A stretch of 59,108 nucleotides of DNA from a virus. Taxonomy: Duplodnaviria > Caudoviricetes. Positions within the stretch are counted from its first letter, which is position 1; the number at the start of each line of letters is the position of its first letter. The position numbers were made by a program, and so were the translations under genes. The notes below the pieces were generated by a model that saw only the letters and a list, made by a program, of their open reading frames with translations, searched no databases and was not told the DNA's origin. Below, in pieces: positions 46,863 to 57,443 of the stretch. The DNA is taken from positions 1-59,108 of the IMG/VR virus record IMGVR_UViG_3300011187_000010. One strand, given 5' to 3'.

Positions 46863-47494
46863 TTATTGTGCTGTTTTAACTCTTACACGAATATCTTTTT
46901 TAGGAAATTTACTTTTATTCACTAACTCGTTTAATGTTATTGAACAATTAACCCCTTTTTTAACATTTTCTTCCCATGGAAGAAATTCTAAATTATTAAT
47001 ACCCCCAATTAATTTAGGGTTTATATTTTGTTTGAACCCTTCATATATTGAGAATTTATGGTCTAATTGGTATGCACCATCAACGCCATTTAAACCTCTA
47101 AACTTATAATAACTCAATAAATCTATTGGTTGTTTATTAGTTTCATTAATCACTAAACGTTTATATTTATTAAATTCATTTAATGTCTTAATATATTTTA
47201 ATATATCACCATCAAAATCCTTATACTTATAATTATATACACCTTCTTTTACACTCCTAGTAACACCTTCATTTTGTAATATTCTTTGAATTACCGTTGA
47301 TGAAACATTCATTAACTTTCCAATTTCAGTTGTTGATAATTTTTATTCTAAATATAATTAGTATCAATCCCGTTCTTTTTTAATATTAATCTAATTGTTT
47401 CAGGGTCACAATCATATTCTTTTGCAATTTTAGTACAACTTAATTTATCTATTATAAATTGTTTAATTATTTTTTCAATTTCTATTTGTTTCAT
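46863..47494 (-). pseudogene. decayed HTH-HTH-HNH-like homing endonuclease
   Basis: Start MKQIEIEK at 47494 with HTH KLSCTKIAKEY. Frameshift and internal stop near 47345 (LYLE*KLSTTEIGKLM). Then YQLDHKFS..NNLEFLPWEENVKK (HNH-like). Confidence 0.75.
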
Positions 47495-47546
47495 ATCAAT
47501 ATATATAATAAAATTCGGTAATAACAAAAATATGTTTGAATTAATT

Positions 47547-49373
47547 TTATTGAGCGGTTTTAACACGTATTTTAATATCTTTTTTAGGATAACGAACCTC
47601 AAACATACTTATCGGATTTCCGAATAAAGTAAATTCATCTGAAATAAATATTTCTCTAGTTTCTTCGTCATTGAATGATTGTTGTATCTCATTCATTGAG
47701 TAGACTCCTTCACCAACTTTGTTAAAAACTTTAGTCTCAATTATATTAATAACACCACCTACATTATTTATAGCTTCAATTAATTTACCTAAATAAATGT
47801 TCTCACCCATATAGTGTTTATTAATATCCATATATTCTTTAACACTATTAATCACATTTAATATAATTTGTGATTGCGGGTAATCTTTTTCTATTAACAA
47901 ATCAAATTCAAATGATAAGTTTATTATTTGACCATCATTTATAACGACGTAATCGTTTAACATTCTATAATCAGATAGATAATTTGATATATTTTGTTTA
48001 AGGGTTGTTGTTGAAGAATTTGTTAATTTACCTAGATTATCTAAACCTAGAATATAAACCATTATTTTATTTTGTTCTTCGAAAACACCAGTTCTAAATG
48101 GCACGCCAAATTCACCTGGCATTAGACTTATTCTAGACTGATAATCCTTAATTGTTACAGCCCTATTTTGTGACGCAAAATTATATTTAACTAGGTTTCT
48201 TATCTCATCTATTGATGGTTTATCTCTACCACCTAAAGCTGGTATCGGATTGTTTACCGTTAATGATTGCCTCACTGAGTTGTTTTGTATCGTATCAGGG
48301 CCATTAACAAACATATCGACTAGATTTACCGATGTTAAGGTATTAGACCCTAAATTTGTATTTGACCCACCACCTACTCTATATTGTACGTATACGGTCG
48401 TGTTAGCTTTTAAAGTTTCACCTAATGATAAATTATTTATAAAATCACCAATTCTATCTGTTAATGGGTTATCAATGTCAAAGTCGTTTATCGCATTGAT
48501 GTCTTCGTTACCACCACCAAACAATAGTTTAACGAATCCATTATCAGTATATTCTTTTAAAAATTTCCTAGTTATTCTAATCCACTTACCTGGTTTTATA
48601 CCTACATTATCAGAAACTTCATTAACGTCTTCTACGAATTTAGTGTCCTCAGCCAATGCATCAACTTCAAACCATCTATTATCAAAATCTAAAAATTCGT
48701 CAATAGTTGGTTCTTCGTTATAATTAGTACCATTTTTTGTGATTACTGAAGTTATGGATAGAATGTCATTATCAGGTAGAATTAATTCATAGAAAGGTAC
48801 GATGTCGGCATTTGATATTGTTTTCTTAAATGTTTTTGTTACACCGTTTAACACTATTTCTCTTTTAGTTAAAGTATAACTAACTATGTTATTATTACTG
48901 TTTAAGTTTGGTATTATTAATCTGTTTGGTATACCACCTGTTGTGAAAGGATTACTAAAGTCTATGTCATCTACAGTTTCGAATATTTTACCACCACCAG
49001 AAACTTGTGTACCTACTCTGATTATTGGCGCATACCTAGAATCAAACGAATCACCTAATACTGGAACAGTAACTGAAAAATCTACAATACTTATAGATGG
49101 TCTCTTTCCTGGTATTTTAAGACCAAAGGTTCTAGCCATAGATAAAACGGAATTTCTTTGCTGAGCATAATCAATTTGAGTTTCTTGGAACGCTCTATCT
49201 GTGTTAACTGATAACATGTCACTAACAGCAGCGTTTAATTCAATTAATAACATACCTATCGAAGCGTCGTTAAAGTCCGATAGTATATCTGGATAATATT
49301 GTTTAACGAAGTCAATTAGTTCTGTTCTGACATCAGCGAAATTTCTGCTAGAATAAGCAATTCCTTTTCCCAT
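47547..49373 (-). CDS. baseplate wedge subunit (T4 gp6 / baseplate J-like)
   Basis: SRNFADVRTEL, DFNDASIG, YRVGGGSNTN, FASQNRAVTIKDY. Confidence 0.9.
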   Translation of the reverse strand: MGKGIAYSSRNFADVRTELIDFVKQYYPDILSDFNDASIGMLLIELNAAVSDMLSVNTDRAFQETQIDYAQQRNSVLSMARTFGLKIPGKRPSISIVDFSVTVPVLGDSFDSRYAPIIRVGTQVSGGGKIFETVDDIDFSNPFTTGGIPNRLIIPNLNSNNNIVSYTLTKREIVLNGVTKTFKKTISNADIVPFYELILPDNDILSITSVITKNGTNYNEEPTIDEFLDFDNRWFEVDALAEDTKFVEDVNEVSDNVGIKPGKWIRITRKFLKEYTDNGFVKLLFGGGNEDINAINDFDIDNPLTDRIGDFINNLSLGETLKANTTVYVQYRVGGGSNTNLGSNTLTSVNLVDMFVNGPDTIQNNSVRQSLTVNNPIPALGGRDKPSIDEIRNLVKYNFASQNRAVTIKDYQSRISLMPGEFGVPFRTGVFEEQNKIMVYILGLDNLGKLTNSSTTTLKQNISNYLSDYRMLNDYVVINDGQIINLSFEFDLLIEKDYPQSQIILNVINSVKEYMDINKHYMGENIYLGKLIEAINNVGGVINIIETKVFNKVGEGVYSMNEIQQSFNDEETREIFISDEFTLFGNPISMFEVRYPKKDIKIRVKTAQ

Positions 49374-49461
49374 AATTCTTTTATTATAAATATAATATAG
49401 TTATTTTTCAAAAAAAATAAATGCATTTCTTTTTTTAAAACGATAAATAAGTAGTATCTGT

Positions 49462-49845
49462 TTAAAGTTGTATGATTACGAAGTCACGGGTTTCAAAAAC
49501 GTCTTCACTAACCGTGTAATCAATTCTGACTACTACACCATATTGGCTTTGAGGTGCCTCATCAAATGTAATTGTGTTAATTTTTAAATTAGGGATGTAT
49601 TTTTTAACGGCTTCACTTATTTCATTTTTTATATCACCCTCAGTAATGCCGTCATATTGGTTGAATAAGTATTTACGTAAATTTGTTCCAAAATCGGGTA
49701 GATATAAACGTTCACCCTTATTGGTTAGTATTAAATGTAATAAATCAGCTTTGATAGCCTTAGAATCTTCAGTATTTAATTCTAGGAAGAAACCCTTGTC
49801 ACTATCTCTAAAAGGAAAGTTTATATTTATTGATTTATTAGCCAT
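49462..49845 (-). CDS. baseplate gp25/GPW-like sheath initiator
   Basis: LILTNKGERLYLPDFGTNLRKYLF...KYIP. Confidence 0.92.
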   Translation of the reverse strand: MANKSININFPFRDSDKGFFLELNTEDSKAIKADLLHLILTNKGERLYLPDFGTNLRKYLFNQYDGITEGDIKNEISEAVKKYIPNLKINTITFDEAPQSQYGVVVRIDYTVSEDVFETRDFVIIQL

Positions 49846-49888
49846 ACTCTATTTTACTAATAAATATTAATAAATAAAGTTTTAAAAG

Positions 49889-49922
49889 AAAAAAGGTGTA
49901 AGAACTTAATCTTACACCTTTT
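49889..49922. terminator. intrinsic terminator after nrdA
   Basis: AAAAAAGGTGTAAGA-N-TCTTACACCTTTT. Confidence 0.8.
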
Positions 49923-49946
49923 ACATATCTATTTTACTATTTTGCT

Positions 49947-52130
49947 TTAAGCTGAACACCCGAAACATTCGAAATCTGAATCCTCTGGTTTTTCAGGAGT
50001 AGTGTCTTTTCTCATGAATAAGTCACTAGTTGTTTCAGCGTCTTTCTTAAGTACTCTAGTGTAATAAACACCAGTCTTATTACCTATCTTCCAACCATGT
50101 ATCAACGCAGCTGATAATTTACTGAAATTGCCGTCTTGGTAATATAAATTAAGTGACGTTGATTGGTCAATATAAGGGAACGCATGATTAATCATATCAA
50201 TTCTCTTCTTTTGAGACACCTCATAAGCTGTTTTATATTTTTCCCTTATATCTTTAGGAATGTCATATAAACCTTGAATTGTTCCACCTGCCATTACTAC
50301 TCTCTTAGCAAGTTCTTCATTCCAAATACCTATCTTTTCTAAATCTTCAACTAGGTTTCTTTGAACTACTACGAATTCACCTTTATCCAGTTTTCTTCTG
50401 TATACCATACCTTGTGGCACCTCAAACATTTCAGTACAACCTAATAGGTTAGATGATGATGCCGTTGGCATAAGAGCTGTAAATAAACTGTTAGCTACAG
50501 GTTTAGTCATGTCAATTTCATGTTCATGAACACCCCATTTCTGAGGGTTAAATACACCTTTAGCGTACAATGAGTTGTCATAATCTCTAAACGTCTTTTT
50601 ATGTTTCTCATAATACTCTTGAGAGCCTTTAACGGCACCTAGGTAAATTTCTCTCATAATGTTTTTGAAAGCTTCTTTACCTTCCTCACTTTCAAATGAC
50701 ATACCTCTAGAATATAGGTACTCAGCTAGACCTGCAACTCCGATACCGATAGTTCTTTGTCCTAGACCTCCTTTTTCGGCTCTCTCAGTCGAATAAACGT
50801 TTCTATCTATTACTAGGTTAATTGAGTAACTTAACACTCTAGAAGCCTCTCTAATGTCCTTACACGTCATAAGTGGAATAGAACCTAGAGCGCATTGACC
50901 TACTTCGTCTTTATCAGCATATAAAAGTGTTTCTACACATAAGTTTGAACTTTTGATATTACCGAAGTGTTCTTGCATGTTCTTCCTATTAATAGAATCG
51001 ATGTAAACCACGTATGGAGTTCCAGTTGAAGCTTGAGACATTAATATTTTATTCCAAATGTCTCTTGGGTTTATCTTTTCACCTAAGCCTAACTCTATAG
51101 CTTCTGCGTATACACTTCTGAATTCATCTGGTGAACACTCATAAAAAGGTTTTAAACCAGCTTTAACTATATCGTTAGGGCAGAATAAATAATAATCCCT
51201 TTCTTCCAATAGAGCTTCCATGAATAAATCATCAACACACACACCGTTGAAAATATCTCTAGTTCTTAATCTTTCATCACCTTCATTAAGTCTTAACTCT
51301 AAATGAGAAATGATATCTTTGTGCCATGTTGGTGCATATAAAGCAAACGCTCCATTTCTTCTACCTCTTTGATTAAAGAATCTAGCAATACCTTGAGCTA
51401 AATCTGCTAATCTAGGTATACCAGCTGCATTACCGTTAAAATCACCTACCTTGCTTTTAGAACTTCTAAGGTTACCAATGTATATTCCAATACCAGAACC
51501 ATCTTTAGATGATTTAGCTAACTCACCTAGTGTATCTACAATACCCTCTAGGCTATCTTCTTTTAGGAAGTTGATATCGCATGAAATAAATCTATTGTTA
51601 TTTGCACCAGTTCCAGCAGTTAAGTTAATTGGTGTTGCAAAGTTTAACTGCTTTGTAGATAACATATCATACAAATACTGTGCATCCTCTTTGCTCTCAG
51701 ATAATTCAGTTGCAATTCTACCGTACATTTCTTGAGGTAATTCATCACCATTCCTGTATGATTTTTTGAATGTGGCCCAAGCTAAGTAATCGTAAGAGTA
51801 ATCTCTAGAGTAATCTAACTCAATATTAAACTCTTTGTATTTGTGCAACTTATGTAAATTATCAATTTCAATAGCTGAAGCCACCATAGAGTAGTCTGGG
51901 TGTAAAAATACCGACCCTAACGATTCAATAACAATTAAGTTGTCAATATCATTAGTGGTCATCCCATCTTGTATTTGTGGAATGACCTTTTGTGATAATT
52001 TATCTGCATCAATTCTTAAATTTAAGTTTCTAGCAGTCCTTTTTATTCTAGTTAAAACCTTATTAGGGTTAAAGTTTTGACTATTACCGTCTTTTTTAAT
52101 TATTTTCATTGAATTGTTTTTAAAAGTCAT
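49947..52130 (-). CDS. nrdA: class Ia ribonucleotide reductase alpha subunit with ATP cone
   Basis: IIKKDG ATP cone, ISC, SNLCVE, CALGS, PTASS, GVYY, C-terminal CFGC. Confidence 0.96.
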   Translation of the reverse strand: MTFKNNSMKIIKKDGNSQNFNPNKVLTRIKRTARNLNLRIDADKLSQKVIPQIQDGMTTNDIDNLIVIESLGSVFLHPDYSMVASAIEIDNLHKLHKYKEFNIELDYSRDYSYDYLAWATFKKSYRNGDELPQEMYGRIATELSESKEDAQYLYDMLSTKQLNFATPINLTAGTGANNNRFISCDINFLKEDSLEGIVDTLGELAKSSKDGSGIGIYIGNLRSSKSKVGDFNGNAAGIPRLADLAQGIARFFNQRGRRNGAFALYAPTWHKDIISHLELRLNEGDERLRTRDIFNGVCVDDLFMEALLEERDYYLFCPNDIVKAGLKPFYECSPDEFRSVYAEAIELGLGEKINPRDIWNKILMSQASTGTPYVVYIDSINRKNMQEHFGNIKSSNLCVETLLYADKDEVGQCALGSIPLMTCKDIREASRVLSYSINLVIDRNVYSTERAEKGGLGQRTIGIGVAGLAEYLYSRGMSFESEEGKEAFKNIMREIYLGAVKGSQEYYEKHKKTFRDYDNSLYAKGVFNPQKWGVHEHEIDMTKPVANSLFTALMPTASSSNLLGCTEMFEVPQGMVYRRKLDKGEFVVVQRNLVEDLEKIGIWNEELAKRVVMAGGTIQGLYDIPKDIREKYKTAYEVSQKKRIDMINHAFPYIDQSTSLNLYYQDGNFSKLSAALIHGWKIGNKTGVYYTRVLKKDAETTSDLFMRKDTTPEKPEDSDFECFGCSA

Positions 52131-53079
52131 CAGTAGTTAAATCACCACCAATATTAGTTAATCTATTATACTCACCACCTTTAGTTTCAAAGAAGTTTTG
52201 ACGCTCTACAATCGAGAATGACGCCATAAAGTCAAATGGTTGTTCAACTCTAAACACTTTATCAATATCGTAGTACATTAATAAACTATCAGTCACATAC
52301 TGAATGTACTGGATTAATTTATCCTTCGGTAGTCCTAGTACATAAGAACCACTGTAAATTGACTCAACAAAAACTTTTTCTGTCTCATAACAACCCATAA
52401 TCATCTCTTTAATTTCTTCAGGTGGTAACCTAAATTCTTTCTTGATGTATTTGTTGTGCATGTTAATACCAAAATGCATGTGCAATACTTCATCTTGTAA
52501 TATTAACTCATTCGCCTGACCTAAACCAGTTAGTTGAGGATATCTTAATCTAAAGAACATTAGTATAGCAAATGTACTAGAGAATCCCATTCCTTCTAAT
52601 AAAGAAAACGCAACCAATCTTTGTATGATATCACCGTTATCTAGCCATTTGTTCGCCCACTTTACTTTAGAAGCTACAACTGGGTTAGTTTGAATGGCTT
52701 GAAACATAGCTTGTTTCTCTTCTTCATTCTCAATCAATTGTTCAATCAATAGAGAATATGTTTCACTATGAACATCTTCAATATAAGCTTGATAAACGTA
52801 ATTTGATTTAATTTCCTCAACACTTGAGAACTCTGATACGATTTCATCAGCTAAGTTATCTTGAACTAGAGTATCTGAAACTCCAAAGAAAGCCAATAGG
52901 TTTTTCAATATAACCACTTCACCTTCTGGTATACCTTCTAAGGTATCATTAGATAGGTTTAACTCTTCTGCGGTCCATATCTTTTGTTGTTGTTTCTTAT
53001 AGAACTTCCATAGTTTATCATGAAGAACTGGGAACTTGGTATCCCTATTACCATTGTCAATGTTTAAATACTTACTCAT
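52120..53079 (-). CDS. nrdB: ribonucleotide reductase beta subunit
   Basis: WTAEE, FFGVSD, EDVHSETY, LLEG, DEVLH, NFFE. Confidence 0.95.
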   Translation of the reverse strand: MSKYLNIDNGNRDTKFPVLHDKLWKFYKKQQQKIWTAEELNLSNDTLEGIPEGEVVILKNLLAFFGVSDTLVQDNLADEIVSEFSSVEEIKSNYVYQAYIEDVHSETYSLLIEQLIENEEEKQAMFQAIQTNPVVASKVKWANKWLDNGDIIQRLVAFSLLEGMGFSSTFAILMFFRLRYPQLTGLGQANELILQDEVLHMHFGINMHNKYIKKEFRLPPEEIKEMIMGCYETEKVFVESIYSGSYVLGLPKDKLIQYIQYVTDSLLMYYDIDKVFRVEQPFDFMASFSIVERQNFFETKGGEYNRLTNIGGDLTTDDF

Positions 53080-53132
53080 GTTTATTGTTTTTTTATTTTA
53101 GTTTATCTGTATTAATAACTATCTATTTTTAT

Positions 53133-54542
53133 TTATAATTGTGATTTTTCTTCCATTTTTTTCTTAAATTTATTTTTCATTAAGTCGCTAACACGTGTTT
53201 TGTTCTGCTCTTCTTGGTAATCACCCATTTCGGATGCTTTCAAATAACCTCCATCATCAATATTAATTTGCATTCTACCATTATCAAACTCGATATCAGT
53301 AAAAACAATACCATCAATACCAAATCTAGATTTCAGTATGGCCATATTAGCACGACCTATTTCCTTTTGGTCTAAGGTTTTAGCAATTGAAACGATAAAG
53401 TGACCAATCTGACCTTTTTTGATAGAACCACCAATCATAGTGGAATCTACTGTGTCAGCATTAATAGAATCTCTATTACCTTGTATTGCAGTCCAGCCGA
53501 CCATATCAAATTCACTCAATAGTGATTCAAACTTCCTCATTATAGGTCCTTCAGCCTCATAACCTTTATCATAACTCTTAGTTGGTGTAACACAGTCAAT
53601 GTAATCGATTAATATCATATCTGGTTTATTACCAGCTGCCGCTAATTTTCTAACATAGTTCTTGATTACAGGTATAGTGGTTCCGTCACTAGGAAACTTC
53701 TTAAGTAACAAGTAACCTTCATTTTCTTTTTCCCTCTGAATAGACTCATCAATAATTGGTCTATTTTCAGGTAAAGATAAGTCGTTTAGGGTTATCTTAG
53801 TTGAACATGATAAATGTTTTCTTTGTATTACCTTAGGGGTATCCTCAAAGAATATCTGTAGAACCTTCTTACCTTCGTTGTAAGCCGTGTTCGCCAGTTT
53901 AGTAATCATAGTTGTCTTACCTACACCAAAAGGCGCTAATATCACACCTAATTCGCCTTTAGATAAACCACCATTCATTTTCTCATCTAATCCGCTTATA
54001 CCTGTTGGTATTGGTTTTCTAAAGTCTTCGCTTAATACTTCATCAATATTATCAAAAACATCAATAGCATCATCTTTGTCTGAACCAACTTCTAAGGCTT
54101 TTTTAAGTATTTCTTCACACGCATCATAATCATCTAAATCACCTTTATCGATTATGTTTAAGATTTCATTAGTGGCTTTTTTAAGTTCCTGTTGCTTACA
54201 GAACTTCATTGCCCTGTCTTGGATAAATTCTGAATCCTTTAATGGTATGTGTTTAATTTCATCCATTTGAGCTTCAGTATACATCTTAACAGTGTCGTTA
54301 TCACCTCTACTGTTAAGTCTATATGATAACCCATCAAAATCTAAGATAACGTCGTCATTCTCATGTGCACCCTTTATCTCAGACACTATTATTCTTAAAT
54401 ATAAATCCGTAAAATAGTTTGCGTCAACTATTTCTAATATATTTGACGCAAACCTATAATCTGTTATTAACTGAGATATTAATCTTTTCTGATACGGAAT
54501 TCCTAAAAATCCAAATCCTTCGTCTTTTTTAATATCTGTCAT
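53133..54542 (-). CDS. dnaB: replicative DNA helicase (DnaB/gp41-like)
   Basis: IPTGISGLD..GGL..GEL, APFGVGKT, ILIDYID, WTAIQGNR, LKSRFG. Confidence 0.93.
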   Translation of the reverse strand: MTDIKKDEGFGFLGIPYQKRLISQLITDYRFASNILEIVDANYFTDLYLRIIVSEIKGAHENDDVILDFDGLSYRLNSRGDNDTVKMYTEAQMDEIKHIPLKDSEFIQDRAMKFCKQQELKKATNEILNIIDKGDLDDYDACEEILKKALEVGSDKDDAIDVFDNIDEVLSEDFRKPIPTGISGLDEKMNGGLSKGELGVILAPFGVGKTTMITKLANTAYNEGKKVLQIFFEDTPKVIQRKHLSCSTKITLNDLSLPENRPIIDESIQREKENEGYLLLKKFPSDGTTIPVIKNYVRKLAAAGNKPDMILIDYIDCVTPTKSYDKGYEAEGPIMRKFESLLSEFDMVGWTAIQGNRDSINADTVDSTMIGGSIKKGQIGHFIVSIAKTLDQKEIGRANMAILKSRFGIDGIVFTDIEFDNGRMQINIDDGGYLKASEMGDYQEEQNKTRVSDLMKNKFKKKMEEKSQL

Positions 54543-54544
54543 AT

Positions 54545-55132
54545 TTAGTATGTAACTAATTTAAGTCTATCTTTTTGTGTTAATCTGTTATTTCTTTTCA
54601 AGGATACGTCACCATATTCTTTGGTATAAGAGCTACTACCTAAGTAGTCTTGAATTACTCCAATAATTTCAGGAATTATACTCCTGATGTCAATTTCATA
54701 CCTAACATTAGGATGAAACATTTTACCATCAAAGGTACCTTCGACTAACTTCTCCTTTTGTAAATCATCTAAGTTGAAATCATTGTTCTTATTACGTAAT
54801 TTATTTACGTTATTTTTTAATACTTCCAAACTAAAGATATCATCTTTATCGTTTAAATAATTGTTTTGGTTGTAATAAGGTTTATAAGAATTAACAACAC
54901 ATCTGTATTTGAAAAAATCGGGTATAACCCCTAATTTAATTTGCTGGTTGACTCCCATGATATCATCCATCATTTCTTTCATCTCTAGAGACTCTCTACA
55001 TTCGTTATTATAACCTTTAATATTAAAATACCTTTGACAAATAATATTGTCATTGATTTTCAATACAAATTCGAATGGTTTAACGATTTGCTTCTCAAAT
55101 TCTAATTGCTTTTCTTCTTTTGTTTTACTCAT
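54545..55132 (-). CDS. hypothetical protein (195 aa)
   Basis: ORF track; within the replication operon. Confidence 0.8.
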   Translation of the reverse strand: MSKTKEEKQLEFEKQIVKPFEFVLKINDNIICQRYFNIKGYNNECRESLEMKEMMDDIMGVNQQIKLGVIPDFFKYRCVVNSYKPYYNQNNYLNDKDDIFSLEVLKNNVNKLRNKNNDFNLDDLQKEKLVEGTFDGKMFHPNVRYEIDIRSIIPEIIGVIQDYLGSSSYTKEYGDVSLKRNNRLTQKDRLKLVTY

Positions 55133-55142
55133 CTTTATTTAT

Positions 55143-56207
55143 TTATTTATTTAGTTCTTTACGTTCTCTCTCTATTAATTTTTTAAAAGGTAGTAGATAA
55201 TTCGTGCTAAATGATTCTATTACTTTATCAACACCGTCACGCTTCATAAAACTATAAACGTTTTTAATACCTCTACTATCTAAATCACCCATGGGCTTCC
55301 TGTAGTATTTTAATAACTCTTTATTCTTTCTGTCAATTAAAGGATTACTTAGGTCAATTATCTTCTCATTTATTTTATAAATGTTTTTACCTTGAACTCC
55401 TTTCGTTTTACTATTAACTAAATTTGTTAATACTTTTAAAGGCTTTTTCTTTTGCTCAACTCTTTCCGTTAATTGTTTTTTAGCTGATTGTAGTATTTCA
55501 GTTAATGAAACTTCACGCTCTTTTAACTCTGGAAAGTATTTGAGTAAACTTGTTTCTTTAACTCCATCAATCCCCTTAATACTGTCTGAGTTATCACCAC
55601 CAATTATTTTAATTAATTTAGAGTTCTTTTGGTGATGTTTAAAATAATTTTGGTAATTATCATAGGTGACGTATTCTTTTTTATCACATAAATAAATTCT
55701 AACATCATCATTTATTAACTGACACAAATCTCTATCAGACGTACATATAGTTATCTTTTCATTAGATTTTCTAGTTAGACAGTAGTAAGCAATAAAGTCA
55801 TCTGCTTCAACACCTACTTTTGAATTATCAACTAATTGTCTAATGCATAATTCCTCTAGATACTGTCTTATTAAGAATATTTCAGTTTTTTCTTGAATAT
55901 CTACTGGGTGAGTCCCATTTTCAAAGTCTTTGCCACGGTCAGATTTATAATCCTTATAAAGTTCCCATCGTTTTCTACCACTAAATTTTCCATCCCAGAA
56001 AACAAAAACCCTATAATATAAATCCTCTTGTAGTAATTTCCTAAGTATTGTAATGAAGATATATAATCCACCTATGTGGTCACCATCTCTAGTGTACATA
56101 TCTTTAGCACCAAAGAAACCTAATTTAAATAATGCATTTCCATCGATAAGTAGGGTATTCCTAGTATTTTTAGAAATACCCACTTTTCTTTTTGGTCTTT
56201 TAGACAT
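55143..56207 (-). CDS. 5'-3' exonuclease / flap endonuclease (T4 RNase H-like)
   Basis: LLIDGN, VFWDG, YKSDR, VEADDFIA, SDRDLCQL, GDNSDSIKGI. Confidence 0.93.
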   Translation of the reverse strand: MSKRPKRKVGISKNTRNTLLIDGNALFKLGFFGAKDMYTRDGDHIGGLYIFITILRKLLQEDLYYRVFVFWDGKFSGRKRWELYKDYKSDRGKDFENGTHPVDIQEKTEIFLIRQYLEELCIRQLVDNSKVGVEADDFIAYYCLTRKSNEKITICTSDRDLCQLINDDVRIYLCDKKEYVTYDNYQNYFKHHQKNSKLIKIIGGDNSDSIKGIDGVKETSLLKYFPELKEREVSLTEILQSAKKQLTERVEQKKKPLKVLTNLVNSKTKGVQGKNIYKINEKIIDLSNPLIDRKNKELLKYYRKPMGDLDSRGIKNVYSFMKRDGVDKVIESFSTNYLLPFKKLIERERKELNK

Positions 56208-56223
56208 CTTTTGTTTTTAAAGT

Positions 56224-57330
56224 TTACATACTATCGTAGTCGTCTTCACCTCTTTCTCCTTTTTCAGTCGAGAACACTACTTCAGCATTGTAATCTACTT
56301 CTAGATTATCATGTATAAAGTCACGGTGTTCTTTCTTGTAAGTATCTAACTCGTCTGGGTTCCAATAACCATGTGGAGTTGATGCTATCTTTCCTTTCTT
56401 TTCAATACCACTAACATGATTCTTCTCGCAAGATATCTTACATTCAGTTCCGTATTGAAAATCCTTACTTAATGATGTTGCTTTTAGTTTGGCCGTACCG
56501 TGAGATACAATACCACCTAAATGTACAATCAATCTAGAGTTAAAGAACATAAACTCACCACAACTATGTTTAATTTTCATGTTCATACTATCGTACCATA
56601 TTTTCTGTACGCAGATAAACGTATTGGTAAATTCATTATCCTCTCTTCTAGAACTAGGTATTCTGAAATTAACAATTGCTTGGAAGCATTTCATTGAACC
56701 TGCGTTCCACATATTGTTGCTTGTTTTAGATATCGCTGATTTAAATCCATTCAGCGTACCTATAGAGTCCCAGCAGAAACATAAATTTTCTTGTAATTTA
56801 CCTTCTTGCTGTAAATCTAATAGTTCAGTCATACTTAGTGAAATGTCTTCAATAACTGGTTCATACCTTAAAGGCTTTGAAGTCATCTTACTATGTTGGT
56901 GGTCATAATTTTGATACTTATCTAATAAGTCTTGATTACTCATGTATAAAAATCTACCACTGTAAGTTATTTCACCAGTTTCTTCATCTACATTCTCATC
57001 GAACTTAACACCACACTTTCTAGCATGTTCCCAATCAAAATTACCTTCAGTTTCAAAGATAACTGGTAAATCACCAATTCTTTGAGCACCTGCTATTGAT
57101 TCATAAAAAGCAGTTGATTTACCCGTATTTGAATATCCTCTAACTGAGTTTACATAACCTCTAGCAAAACCTGGTATTCCGATAGCATCATGCCACGCTT
57201 TAGATAAAGGTATCCAAGATAGCTCTTTATCCTTAACGGTTTTTTCAACCCCCTGAGATTTTTTAAAATCTTCTAAACTATAAGAGGATTTAGAAACAGT
57301 TTTTTTACTCGGTTTTTTACTTTTTGCCAT
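56224..57330 (-). CDS. RecA/UvsX-like recombinase
   Basis: GIPGFARG, Walker A GYSNTGKST, FETEG, Walker B FCWDSIG. Confidence 0.88.
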   Translation of the reverse strand: MAKSKKPSKKTVSKSSYSLEDFKKSQGVEKTVKDKELSWIPLSKAWHDAIGIPGFARGYVNSVRGYSNTGKSTAFYESIAGAQRIGDLPVIFETEGNFDWEHARKCGVKFDENVDEETGEITYSGRFLYMSNQDLLDKYQNYDHQHSKMTSKPLRYEPVIEDISLSMTELLDLQQEGKLQENLCFCWDSIGTLNGFKSAISKTSNNMWNAGSMKCFQAIVNFRIPSSRREDNEFTNTFICVQKIWYDSMNMKIKHSCGEFMFFNSRLIVHLGGIVSHGTAKLKATSLSKDFQYGTECKISCEKNHVSGIEKKGKIASTPHGYWNPDELDTYKKEHRDFIHDNLEVDYNAEVVFSTEKGERGEDDYDSM

Positions 57331-57382
57331 ATATTCTATTTTTACTGCACCCAGAGTTGTTTTATTTTTTCACTATTTTAGG

Positions 57383-57418
57383 AAAAAAAAGGGGGTAGGT
57401 AACCTCACCCCCTTTTTT
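57383..57418. terminator. intrinsic terminator after ssb
   Basis: AAAAAAAAGGGGGT-N-ACCCCCTTTTTT. Confidence 0.8.
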
Positions 57419-57443
57419 ACTATTATATTAAGATGTTACCTAT

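Noticed and set aside
47348-47602. 84-aa ORF as an independent gene
   Set aside because: The upstream part overlaps the baseplate gene end; from 47494 it is the 5' piece of the HNH pseudogene.
8105-56908. Many short plus-strand ORFs (e.g. 8364, 9642, 17078, 33549, 48250, 56579) and nested alternative-frame ORFs (2628, 58148)
   Set aside because: They overlap well-supported genes, are Ser/Leu/Phe-rich and mostly lack ATG starts; typical antisense shadows.
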